Shown: piece after piece, positions 12,213 to 24,306 of the stretch
Position numbering within the stretch: position 1 is the first letter of the stretch
Layout: every line of letters begins with the position of its first letter
Assembly (NCBI GenBank): GCA_002269645.1
Contig: NIVC01002889.1
Location: 62,001 to 126,000 of the forward strand
Source: Macrostomum lignano
Taxonomy: Eukaryota
Direction of reading: 5' to 3'
DNA length: 64,000 bases
Program-made: the position numbers and the translations under genes
The notes under the pieces: model-generated
The model's database searches: none
What the model saw: the letters and a program-made list of their open reading frames with translations, nothing else
Told to the model about the DNA's origin: nothing

Positions 12213-12771
12213 GGGGTGGGGGTTTTCAGTAGAATCAAGTAAATCATCTCAAAGTACATTCATTGATCTGTTGTAATGCAATAAAACTCGGTTGCCCAGC
12301 AACTTACGAGCTAAATAAATCATAAATAATTTATATAATAAAATCACACGATTGGTAAATCTGGCGTCCTTCTGCTTTAGCTTTTTTCCATGCCACGTCA
12401 TCAGCGCAGATTCGAACTGCTCGATTCGAGACGCCGCAGACTGTCGGATTTTGCAGCAGTTAAAGAATTTCCAGGTCTTGAGATGCAAGCGCACTGTAAC
12501 GTCTGAGCTCAAAAGACATTGCAGTACATTCCACTTCAATCAGGAAACATCAGGCCCGACGTCTGGACGGAGCAAATTGAAGGCTTCGAATAAACTGATG
12601 AAGCAGCATTTTAGTTAAATATCGCGCCCAATTACCCGACCCACCACCGTCTGGCCCGCGCTATGTTCGACCTCAGGAGCCGATCAGCCTTTTTGCTGTC
12701 CTCCGCGTCGCCCGCGTCTTCTCCCTAAACAGCTTTCCTTCTGAGTTCGGAATTAAAAAGCTCTCTCTCTG

Positions 12772-13810
<1,039 letters not shown>

Positions 13811-14314
13811 TTTGTGAGAACAGTATCTATGCGCGTTCAGCCCCCGTGAAAACCTTGCCAAACGCTGCTTTCAAGATAGCAGTTGAGAACATTTGGATGA
13901 GCCTGTCAGTTAAGAGAGGCCACACCGCCATCCACTCGTGTTTTTTACCAGCCATAGCTAATATTTTTTTCGGGAAAATCGTGGAATTTTCCATTTGCAG
14001 CGAAATTATACGCCCGAGGCTTCATGAGCTCTTTGACAGTGACTACTTAAGTCATGCAGGTAACCCGGCGGCTCACTCATTACACCTGCCAAGCACTGCT
14101 ACTCACAACTGGCCATAATTGACGCGTGGCTGACCGACACCTAGCTTCGTTTGGCAGCTGAGTACTCGTAAAACAAAAGCTTCAACTAAAAAAATTTTTC
14201 TCGCTATCATTTGGGCCGAGAATTTTTGAATAAAGGGAAAAGAGTTCATCCAGTTTGAGACTGCTGCAATTATGCAAATAAACCATGAGTTCCAATCTAA
14301 TCTCACCGCTTCTA

Positions 14315-14725
14315 CTCTCCTCTCCACCAATCCAATCTCAGTGCTATCACTCTCCTCTTCACCAATATAATCTGACTGCTTTCACTCTCCTCTCCACCAA
14401 TCTAATCTCACTGCTTTCACTCTCCTCTTCACCAATCTAATCTCAGTGCTATCACTCTCCACTTCACCAATCTAATTTGACTGCTTCCATTCTCCTCCCC
14501 ACCAATCTAATCTCAGTGCTATCACTCTCCACTCCACCAATCTAATCTGACTGCTTCCATTCTCCTCCCCACCAATCTAATCTCACTGCTTTCACTCTCC
14601 TCTCCACCAATCTAATCTCAGTGCTATCACTCTCCACTCCACCAATCTAATCTGACTGCTTCCATTCTCCCCACCAATCTAATCTCACTGCTTCTAGTCT
14701 CATCTTCACCAATCTAATCTGACTA
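14315..14725. repeat. ~35-bp degenerate minisatellite (ccaatctaatctcactgctttcactctcctctcca)
   Basis: Tandem copies visible. Confidence 0.9.
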
Positions 14726-15527
14726 CTTCCGCTATCTGCTCTCCTTTCCATAGCAGACTTTCAAAAAATGCTTTCGAACTTTTAAAGATATTAATGAATT
14801 ATAATTGAAATATTGATACCTTGTTATTTACGTAATTGTCTTAATAAATGTTATCACCGAATACTGCATGACATTAAATAAAGAATGCGGTTTTAGATAC
14901 TGTGTATGAATTTGAAATAGAAAGTTCACTCAATTTTTTGCCAAACGAAAAGTTTTGATCGAAAACTACAAAGGTGTTTGAAAGAATCCTATTTTTCCTG
15001 TTTTAGACAGTACACAGAATCAGTGAATCAGAGAACTAAGCTAAATTCCGCTAACTAAAAATTTGTACACGCGTGTAGGATATTGGGTAATATACGTAGA
15101 ATATAGTCAATTTTCACTGTAGCATTGGAAGATTGTTTAGTAAGGATACAACTAAACAACTGCGCATTGTAATTTTTTCCATATGATTCACAGTTATTTC
15201 ACGCTTATATAAAGCTAAGGAGGGTGGATAGATAATAAACGCCGGAATGGGGCCATGTGATGAAATTTGTACGTGTAGTAAATGTACATTTGAGAGAAAC
15301 TGTGTAGAACACCATTGTATCTTGGTATTTGTAATAATGAATAAACAACACTCAAAATAAATAGAGAACTTAGTGGGTAATAGTTCCGCCCTCAGCCAAT
15401 AGACATCGCTGGAGGGAGGTAGGAGGTGTTACTTATGTTGCCACAGCCAATGAGAGAGGTCGCTCAGGATAGGGTGTGGCTAGCGTGGCCTTGCAGCCAA
15501 TGAGAGGTCGCTTAGGATAGGGTGCGG

Positions 15528-16737
15528 CTAGCGTGGCCCCGGTCTGTAACCCTCGTCCTCGAAATTGTGTTTCACGCGGAACTCGTACCTCTGCTTCTGC
15601 GTCTCGTACTTCTCCAGCTTCTCCTCGATGTCGTCCTCCTCGGACTCGCTATCCGCCATGCCAATCAGGGTGGCCGCCATGACGCCGGCGCACTTGGAGC
15701 GTTTTTTGTGCACAACCCAGCGCTCTTTGTCGCTGCAGTGGCAGCCGCAACGGCAGTAAGCTTGTCGTCGATGGTAATTTGGAACGTATGGAGGCAGAGA
15801 ACTTGCTGGGGAATATAGTGTGGAGCGTGTAGTGCAATAGTAGAATAGAGAGTGGTTAATTCATATTTTTAACTTTCAATGATTAAACTGTAAAGTATGA
15901 TTAAAATAAAATCAAAAGTAAACAGCGACCATTCTGAAAATCTTTCAGTCAACGCTGGACTCCGCCACTGCACTTACCAAAGCTGTGTGCGTTTTATGCA
16001 GCTTAGTGTCTGTCTGCCTGTCTCACTGACTATTGAGTTATCGATTGGGCACCCCATGCGCCCACCAACCCATCTGTCACCCCATGCGCCCACCACCCAA
16101 TCTGTCACCCCATGCGCCCACCACCCCATCTGTCACCCCATGCACCCACCACCCCATCTGTCACCCCATGCGCCCACCACCCCATCTGTCACCCCATGCG
16201 CCCACCACCCCATCTGTCACCCCATGCGCCCACTATCCCATCTGTCACTGGAACCCATGCGCCCACAACCCTTTCACTCCATGCGCCCACCATCCCATCT
16301 GTCACCCCATGCATCCAACAACCCATCTTGCACCACATGCGCCTCGACACTCCAGCAGACATCGCGAGGTTTAATTACTATATATTGCGAATTGCTTTCA
16401 TCTGTTTTCAATATATCAAAGCTAAACTATCGCCTGCCCTGTTTTGCCACATTGTCTTGCTCAGTTAAACTCTAAATGACGCAACAATACGACCTATATT
16501 CTGATTAGATTCCAGTTCACAAATCGCCAACTCACAATTTTTCCTAACACACGCCGACGACGCTGGCTGCTCCGCTTGCAGCTCGTCGACGGCAGCAGCA
16601 ACGGCTGCCGCCGACGACTCAGGAGAGTCGCCACAGCCGCCGCCGCCGCCGTCGCTACTGATGCTGCTGTTGTTGCTCTTCCTCAGGCGGTCTCGCCGAA
16701 GTCTACGAGTAGACTGAGCACTGCTGCTGTCCGACAT
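15528..16737 (-). CDS. Uncharacterised protein; exons 16737-16536 and 15805-15528 (further small 3' exons at ~14150-12250 are possible)
   Basis: ATG at 16737; donor AAT T|GTGAGT (phase 1); acceptor CCCAG|CA (phase 1). The join gives an open frame MSDSSSAQ...RKN|SSSLPPYVPNYHRRQAYCRCGCHCSDKERW...ADSESEEDDIEEKLEKYETQKQRY with GC-rich coding-like composition. Confidence 0.6.
16050..16335. repeat. Intronic 28-bp minisatellite (ccccatctgtcaccccatgcgcccacca)
   Basis: Tandem copies; explains the repetitive ORFs at 15897-16475. Confidence 0.9.
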
Positions 16738-17254
16738 TCAGCTAAGGAGCGTTTGAGAAGTGCTAAACTGACCAGCTGTGCCTGTCTTCTCTCAACAGTT
16801 GCTCTGCTCTGCTCTGCTCTGCTCTCGCTGTTTTTGTAAGCAGAGAACGCAAATAAAGTAGGGGGGGGGGGTAGTTGAGCTCGCACACGAGAGCTTCGAA
16901 CACAATAGGGGGAGGGACTGCACCGTATGAGCGTTGAGAAGAAAGTGGAGGCGGAGAGCCAGCCTGCTCTCTCACCCGCCTCGTTATATGTGCTCAAAAT
17001 TTGGCAATTACTTTTCTTCATAGCTTTTATGATATGCTAGTGGCCCTATTCTCGAGGTCGAAGACGGGAAGTTCTGGCGCACTCTGAGTCATGACATAAA
17101 AACAGACTCGCTGCGCTGCCACTACTAGAGTAGTGCAGAAGCAACTCGAATTCTTCCCTATTTGGCTGATACGGCTTGAGCCCTGCTTTTTTGTGTCAGG
17201 TGTCACTTGACAGTGTCATGTCATAGTCATGTGTTTTGTGACATTTGGCATGAC

Positions 17255-17482
17255 ACTGCATCATGTCAGTCATGTCAGTCATGAGTCATGTCAGTCATGT
17301 GAGTCATGTCAGTCATGCCAGTCATGTGAGTCATGTGAGTCATGTGAGTCATGTCAATCAAGTCAGTCATGTCAGTCGTGTGAGTCATGTCAGTCATGTC
17401 AGTCATGTCAGTCATGTCAGTCATGTCAGTCATGTCGGTCATGTCGGTCATGTCAGTCATGTCAGTCATGTCAGTCATGTAT
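17255..17482. repeat. 9-bp tandem repeat (catgtcagt/catgtgagt)
   Basis: Direct repetition. Confidence 0.95.
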
Positions 17483-17899
17483 TAGGTCAGAATAATGTAA
17501 CATTCATGTCATCTTCATTTCTTTGCAGTCAAACAACTGCAGAAGAGAAAATTTGAACGGGAGAAAATTCTCCTCAACTCCTCACGCAGGGCTCAGATTC
17601 CCAAGCGAAGGACTTGGCGGAATGAGAAACCAAAAACACGCGAGCTTCCGAGCAAAGCTCAAAGCTCGATAGACGAATAGCATCTGCCATTGCTTTTCTA
17701 CCTCTGACTCCACCCGACTCTGCGCTGCTCAGTTTTTAGGGGGGGAGGGGGCGGATGACGCCATCTTTGTAGAAAACTCATCGGCTCTGAGTCTGACTCG
17801 ACACGGGGCGGCTGTCCCGCTCATGTGGCTTCTTGATGGGGCCTTGAGCTGTCTTTTGTGCTAGCCGCAGCATATTTTAATTGCAGCGAATTTTAGCAA

Positions 17900-18695
17900 G
17901 TTCTCTATCGAATCTCTATCCGATCTCTATCGAATCTCTATCCGATCTCTATCGAATCTCTATCCGATCTCTATCCTATCTCTATCCGATCTCTATCGAA
18001 TCTCTATCCGATCTCTATCCTATCTCTATCCGATCTCTATCGAATCTCTATCCGATCTCTATCCTATCTCTATCCGATCTCTATCGAATCTCTATCCGAT
18101 CTCTATCCTATCTCTATCCGATCTCTATCCTATCTCTATCCGATCTCTATCGAATCTCTATCCGATCTCTATCCTATCTCTATCCGATCTCTATCGAATC
18201 TCTATCCGATCTCTATCCTATCTCTATCCGATCTCTATCGAATCTCTATCCGATCTCTATCCGATCTTTATCCGATCTCTATCCAATATCTTTCCGATAT
18301 ATATCCGATATATATCCGATCTCTATCCAATCTCTATCGAATCTTTATCCGATCTCTATCCGATATCTATCCAATTTCTATCCAATCTCTAGCCGATCTC
18401 TATCCAATCTCTATCCAATCTCTATCCGATATCTATCCAATCTCTAGCCGATCTCTATTCAATCTCTATCCAATTTCTATCCAATCTCTATCCAATTTCT
18501 ATCCAATCTCTAGCCGATCTCTATTCAATCTCTATCCAATCTCTATCCAATCTCTATCCAATCTCTATCCGATATCTATCCAATCTCTATCCAATCTCTA
18601 GCCGATCTCTATTCAATCTCTATCCAATCTCTATCCAATCTCTATCCAATCTCTATCCAAACTCTATCCAATCTCTAGCCGATATCTATCCAATA
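17900..18695. repeat. 10-11-bp tandem repeat (atctctatccg/atctctatcca)
   Basis: Direct repetition. Confidence 0.95.
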
Positions 18696-19308
18696 CTATA
18701 ATAAATCCTGTCATTCGGCAAAAACTCGTCCCGTTCTCGTCCTTATCAAAAGTTCCCAACTGAAAGCCGTAATCAACAGTGAAAGATTCCAAGCGTTGCT
18801 AGTGAAAAATCTCAAGTAAGTACATTTCTTTGAGAAATAGGACTCTCCATTGCTTTCTTGGCTCTCTTGCCTCAAGCGACACCCTGCAGCTGGGCTGCAC
18901 TTTTGGCTACTGGCACCCGGCAACAATCCGGATGACACAGCGGCCTTCATTTCCTGCTCGTTTCCTTGTATTCGAAAGCTCGAAATGTAGAATCTTACAT
19001 GCATGGCTTACGCTTAGTGTAATGTTGAAAGTTTTCTTATAAAAAGTACATTTGCACTCTGTTGACAGCCTAACGGGTGTCCCAAAAAGGTGAAATTTTA
19101 AACCAAAACTGTGCAAGACTATCTGCTCTTGGTTCCTAGCAACCGCAAATGCTGCTGAGAGTCAACATTCATAAGATTTGCTTCCCGCAGTTCTTATTTC
19201 AATTCATGAGAAACATCATCGCCATTGAAAGAATGAGTGAATGCCACAGACAAGAGGCTTATTTCTTATTTCGATTGATTTCGAATGATTCGAACTTGGC
19301 GTGAGTTG

Positions 19309-22300
19309 TCACACGCTTGACTCCTGCAGCATCACGGTTTCCACTCGCTTCTTCACCCCATCTGGTGCCGCAACGGCGGTGCCGCCCACCTGCGTGTCGA
19401 TGGCAGCCGGCCGGCAGCCGCAGCACCGTCTGGCGAGTCCGCACAGCCGGCTGGCCAGCAGGGCCTCGCGGAATTCCGCGTTGGCAGCGAAGTGGGCCAC
19501 GGCGGAGGCGGCCATGCTGGACTTGGCGCAGAGCAGCGCGGCGCGCACCAGAGAGCGGTGCAGCCGGCTGTGCTGCCGGATTGGCGAGGCCACGGCGACC
19601 GCAGCGGTGACGGCGTAGGGCGCCCAGCACAGCAGGAAGGCGCCTTGAAGGCGGAGCGAATGGTGACTTGATTTAATGGTCAGGCAAATGGCCTCAGATG
19701 GAGTGCCTAAAGCAGGGACAAACACCATATTCTGTGACCAACACCATATTCTGTGACCAACACCATATTCTGTGACCAACACCAGATTCTGTGACCAACA
19801 CCATATTCTGTGACCAACACCATATTCTGTGACCAACACCATATTCTGTGACCAACACCATATTCTGTGACCAACACCAGATTCTGTGACCAACACCATA
19901 TTCTGTGACCAACACCATATTCTGTGACCAACACCATATTCTGTGACCAACACCATATTCTGTGACCAACACCATATTCTGTGACCAACACCATATTCTG
20001 TGACCAACACCATATTCTGTGACCAACACCATATTCTGTGACCAACACCATATTCTGTGACTAACACCATATTCTGTGACCAACACCATATTCTGTGACC
20101 AACACCATATTCTGTGACCAACACCATATTCTGTGACCAACACCATATTCTGTGACCAACACCATATTCTGTGACCAACACCAGATTCTGTGACCAACAC
20201 CATATTCTGTGACCAACACCATATTCTGTGACCAACACCATATTCTGTGACCAACACCATATTCTGTGACCAACACCATATTCTGTGACCAACACCATAT
20301 TCTGTGACCAAAACCATATTCTGTGACCAACACCATATTCTGTGACCAACACCATATTCTGTGACCAACACCATATTCTGTGACCAACACCATATTCTGT
20401 GACCAACACCATATTCTGTGACCAACACCATATTCTGTGACCAACACCATATTCTGTGACCAACACCATATTCTGTGACCAACACCATATTCTGTGACCA
20501 ACACCATATTCTGTGACCAACACCATATTCTGTGACCAACACCATATTCTGTGACCAACACCATATTCTGTGACCAACACCATATTCTGTGACCAACACC
20601 ATATTCTGTGACCAACACCATATTCTGTGACCAACACCATATTCTGTGACCAACACCATATTCTGTGACTAACACCATATTCTGTGACCAACAGCATATT
20701 CTGTGACCAACACCATATTCTGTGACTAACACCATATTCTGTGACCAACACCAGATTCTGTGACCAACACCATATTCTGTGACCAACACCATATTCTGTG
20801 ACCAACACCATATTCTGTGACCAACACCATATTCTGTGACCAATGGGCACATTTGCAACCGACAGCTCAGCCGCAGCCATTGCGCGGCGCATCTGAAGGC
20901 TGCGTACGGCTGTTCAGTCCAAGGACTGGGGGTCGCCACACACCCTCAATTACCCCAGCTAATACTGGCACCCATTTTACAGCTGGGTGAACTGAAGCAA
21001 TGCAGAGTTAAGTGTCTTGCTCAAAGACACAAATTGTTCCGAGTGGGAATCGAACCCCCGACCTTTCATTCGTGAGACCGACGCTCTAACCACTAGACTA
21101 CAACCCTCTTTCTAGTACATCCCGTGTGAGCGTGTGCATGAGCGCAAGCCTGAGTACAGTATTGGCGCGCTTGTATGTGCTCAGGAGGCAGCGGAATGAG
21201 CAGAATTGCCTCAGCACTGGTTCTGAAACTATGTCACGGAAGAAGTGCAATATATTATTATACTACACTGTAGAAGTCGAAAGCAATCCTCACCGATCAC
21301 ACACAGGATGTGGATTGCAACGCGGCGCTCCCGCCTCAGCTGGCTCTCAGCCTGCAAACTGCTCATCTGCCGCTTCGCCTGCAGCTGGAATGTCAAAGTT
21401 GCGATGGCAGCTGGGTAAGCAAAGACAGGACTCGGTTTGAAACACCGACACTAGAAATCATTCACTGAGGCACAGTAAGAATTTGAAGTGGAAGCAGTTT
21501 ACGTAGAACAAGAGCTTCCAGTAGAAGGCTGCATATGCTGAGACATAATGAAATATAGAAAGTAGAAATTGAAATACAGGAGTGGCCGCGTTCTCAAAGC
21601 ACAGCCGGAGACATGATGAAAACGACACAAGGAAAACAAAGACTCAAATCACTGGACACAGGTGCTCACGTAGGCGAAGATCTTCCAGTAGGACACGCAG
21701 ACACCAAGACATCGGGTGAAGCAGACACAGGATGAAATACACACAATGAAATAGACACAGGAGGACACAGACCCAAGCCTCAGCATGAGACACAGGTGCT
21801 CACGTAGGCGAAGATCTTCCAGTAGGACACGCAGACACCAAGACATCGGGTGAAACAGACACAGGATGAAATACACACAATGAAATAGACACAGGAGGAC
21901 ACAGACCCAAGCCTCAGCATGAGACACAGGTGCTCACGTAGGCGAAGATCTTCCAGTAGGACACGCAGACACCAAGACATCGGGTGAAACAGACACAGGA
22001 TGAAATACACACAATGAAATAGACACAGGAGGACACAGACCCAAGCCTCAGCATGAGACACAGGTGCTCACGTAGGCGAAGATCTTCCAGTAGGACACGC
22101 AGACACCAAGACATCGGGTGAAACAGACACAGGATGAAATACACACAATGAAATAGACACAGGAGGACACAGACCCAAGCCTCAGCATGAGACACAGGTG
22201 CTCACGTAGGCGAAGATCTTCCAGTAGGACACGCAGACACCAAGACATCGGGTGAAACAGACACAGGATGAAATACACACAATGAAATAGACACAGGAGG

Positions 22301-23100
22301 ACACAGACCCAAGCCTCAGCATGAGACACAGGTGCTCACGTAGGCGAAGATCTTCCAGTAGGACACGCAGACACCAAGACATCGGGTGAAACAGACACAG
22401 GATGAAATACACACAATGAAATAGACACAGGAGGACACAGACCCAAGCCTCAGCATGAGACACAGGTGCTCACGTAGGCGAAGATCTTCCAGTAGGACAC
22501 GCAGACGATAACCAGTGGCAGAAGGAACTGTGCGGTGAGCAGACTCAGCCAGTATGCCCGGTGCCCGGACTCGCGGCTCGACCAGTTCAGATCACAGGTG
22601 GACACGGAGCGAACGGCGACGAACAGTGAGTCGCTGACGACAATGGGTAGCATCCATAGCAACGACATGGCAACCAGGCAAGCGATGAGTCGGACAGCAG
22701 CTCGGGTGGACACACTGCGGCTGGTGAGGATGGACCGGCAGCGAAGAAGCGACAGCGCGGTGAGCACGTTCAGCGACGTGAGGCCCAGCCAGCCAGTCCA
22801 GAAGACGTACCAGCGACAGTACCAGCTGGGGAAGCGCCACTGCGGTCTCCAGGCCGCGTGTACATTCAGCAGAGCGGCCAGGATGCTGCAGAGACAATTG
22901 CTGATGAAGCTGGCGCACAACAGCCAGGAGAAGCCGTTCCACAGGGACTTCGAGACAATGTGAGTGTAGGCGGCCAGTCCGTTGGCGCTGATGGCCGTGG
23001 CGAAGATGAGGGAGAAGCTGGTCGCGTCGATGTAGCGCTCCAGGTCTGTCGGTGTGTCTTCTTCCGCCGCTGAGGTCGCGTTGACTGTGCCGGCCTGCAT
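19309..23100 (-). CDS. Divergent opsin (class A GPCR with retinal-binding Lys296 equivalent); exons 23100-22474, 20892-~20851, ~19692-19309
   Basis: TM1-5 in exon 1 (WRFPSWYC, STCDLNW, FLLPLVIVCVSYWKIFAY|GTGAGC). Acceptor TTCAG|ATG gives IFAY|MRRAMAAAELSVAN. TM6 GAFLLCWAPYA; TM7 LCAKSSMAASAVAHFAANAEFREAL aligns without gaps to rhodopsin F293-R314. The exon 2/3 junction is uncertain. Confidence 0.8.
19720..20843. repeat. 19-bp minisatellite (caccatattctgtgaccaa), ~59 units, between opsin exons 2 and 3
   Basis: Near-perfect tandem array. Confidence 0.98.
20945..21106 (-). mobile_element. CORE-type (MIR-like) SINE with tRNA-derived head
   Basis: The minus strand reads tgtagtctagtggttagagcg...ggttcgattccc (Pol III A and B boxes). 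The plus strand cccattttacagctgggtgaactgaagcaatgcagagttaagtgtcttgctcaaagacaca resembles the reverse-complemented MIR/CORE domain as I recall it. Confidence 0.7.
21117..21232 (+). mobile_element. Fragment of dispersed tRNA-SINE family (body only)
   Basis: gtgtgagcgtgtgcatgag...cagtattggcgcgcttgtatgtgctcagg...gcggaatgagcagaattgcctc matches copies at 23.9, 33.4 and 37.1 kb. Confidence 0.75.
21655..22505. repeat. 134-bp tandem repeat (6 full units + 1 partial) containing the opsin exon-1 3' end and its splice donor
   Basis: cacaggtgctcacgtaggcgaagatcttccagtaggacacgcag recurs at 21657, 21791, 21925, 22059, 22193, 22327 and 22461. Confidence 0.97.
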
Positions 23101-23859
23101 GCTTAAAGTGAATTGTTCTTCTGTAGTCAATTGACGAAAATCTTTATTAGAGTTTTTTTAAAGTGACTTGAGCAGCTGAGCGATGTACACTGGAAGTGAG
23201 ATGGTTGTCCAAGGACTTCTGAAGTCACTTCTGAAGTACTCCTTGTGGTTGTCAAGCGGGTTGTTCGGGGACGCAGCAGATTTTTATTAAAATCAGATCT
23301 CGCCAGAAGCAAAACAGTCTCATCTTCAAGTGCCTCAAGGTTGTCAACTGAAAAGCAGTGCTGCTCACTTTATAGTTGCTCAAAAGCACCTGCCTTTCAG
23401 TTTGCACCGCCCATTTTTTTAGGCAAACCAATAGGAGCAGGTGGAGATTGGAATCGCTGATTTTTAGTGATGAGCTCGCATTGTCCGGATCACATCTTAG
23501 CGTCATCACTAATCCAGAGTAGAGATGGGCTTTAGGGCTGTCACGACTTTCTTAGTTATTTTATCAGTGACAGTACACCTTCACTTGTCTCTGCTTACTT
23601 TTTCTCCTTCTCTGTCCTGTTCAAATCTTGTTAATCTTCTCTCTCTATACCTCGCTCCTTTCTGATTGGTTCTCTATTCTCGTCTCTCTCTCCTCAGTCG
23701 CACACTCCACCCCCCCCCCAGGTTATTGACATTAATATACCTGTTTGGGCCCTGAGCTCCACTTACCGTCTGTTTGGTCTAATTAATTAAGTATCCTCTC
23801 AATTAAAATAGTCGTATTACATTATTTTGTTTACAGGGGCTTTTGCAGGAAAATTGGCC

Positions 23860-24105
23860 TGTGAGTTTTCGTGCGATTCACACACACGAAGGCTGACCCC
23901 CCAAGGCACAGAGAGTGTACATGCCTGCTGATTAGAAAGCCAGGGCCGCTGTACACCCTGTGTAAGCGTGTGCCTGAGTGCAGTATTGGCGCGCTTGTGT
24001 GTTCAGGAGTCAGCGGGATCGGCTGAATTGCCTCAGCGCTCGTGGCGGGACGATGTCGCCGAAGGCGTTGCGCCTGGGTGCGCGCCAGCCCTGCTGCGAA
24101 TCTTA
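23860..24105 (+). mobile_element. tRNA-SINE family copy (5'-truncated)
   Basis: ccccaaggcacagagagtgtacatgcc...aaagccagggccgctgtacaccctgtgt shared with other copies. Confidence 0.75.
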
Positions 24106-24306
24106 ATACAGCTCAAGAGACTGAGGTACGGAAATTGAAGGTTCTTTTATAGCAGCTTTCGAGTTTCAGTTTTATCTCAAAAAATGGTTGCAAATCGAGT
24201 CACTCAATCTGTTTTATCAACTGTAGCATTAGTAAGGATTAAACTTGATTGAGTCACAGTGTAAAACTAGTCAGAATTCCGAATTAGGTCAGGTGCTCAA
24301 GCCGCG

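Noticed and set aside
12249-12600. In-frame TGA before ORF 12539-12249, as possible selenocysteine or read-through
   Set aside because: The exon structure is unverified, there is no recognisable selenoprotein motif and no SECIS was identified.
15897-18447. Repetitive ORFs (15897-16475, 17229-17556, 17881-18447)
   Set aside because: Arise from 28-, 9- and 11-bp tandem repeats. The same applies to the ORFs at 30264-30780, 32380-33054, 49740-50775 and 53832-54372.
21649-22463. Five identical ~93-aa ORFs resembling a tandem gene family
   Set aside because: Frames of the 134-bp intronic repeat, not independent genes.
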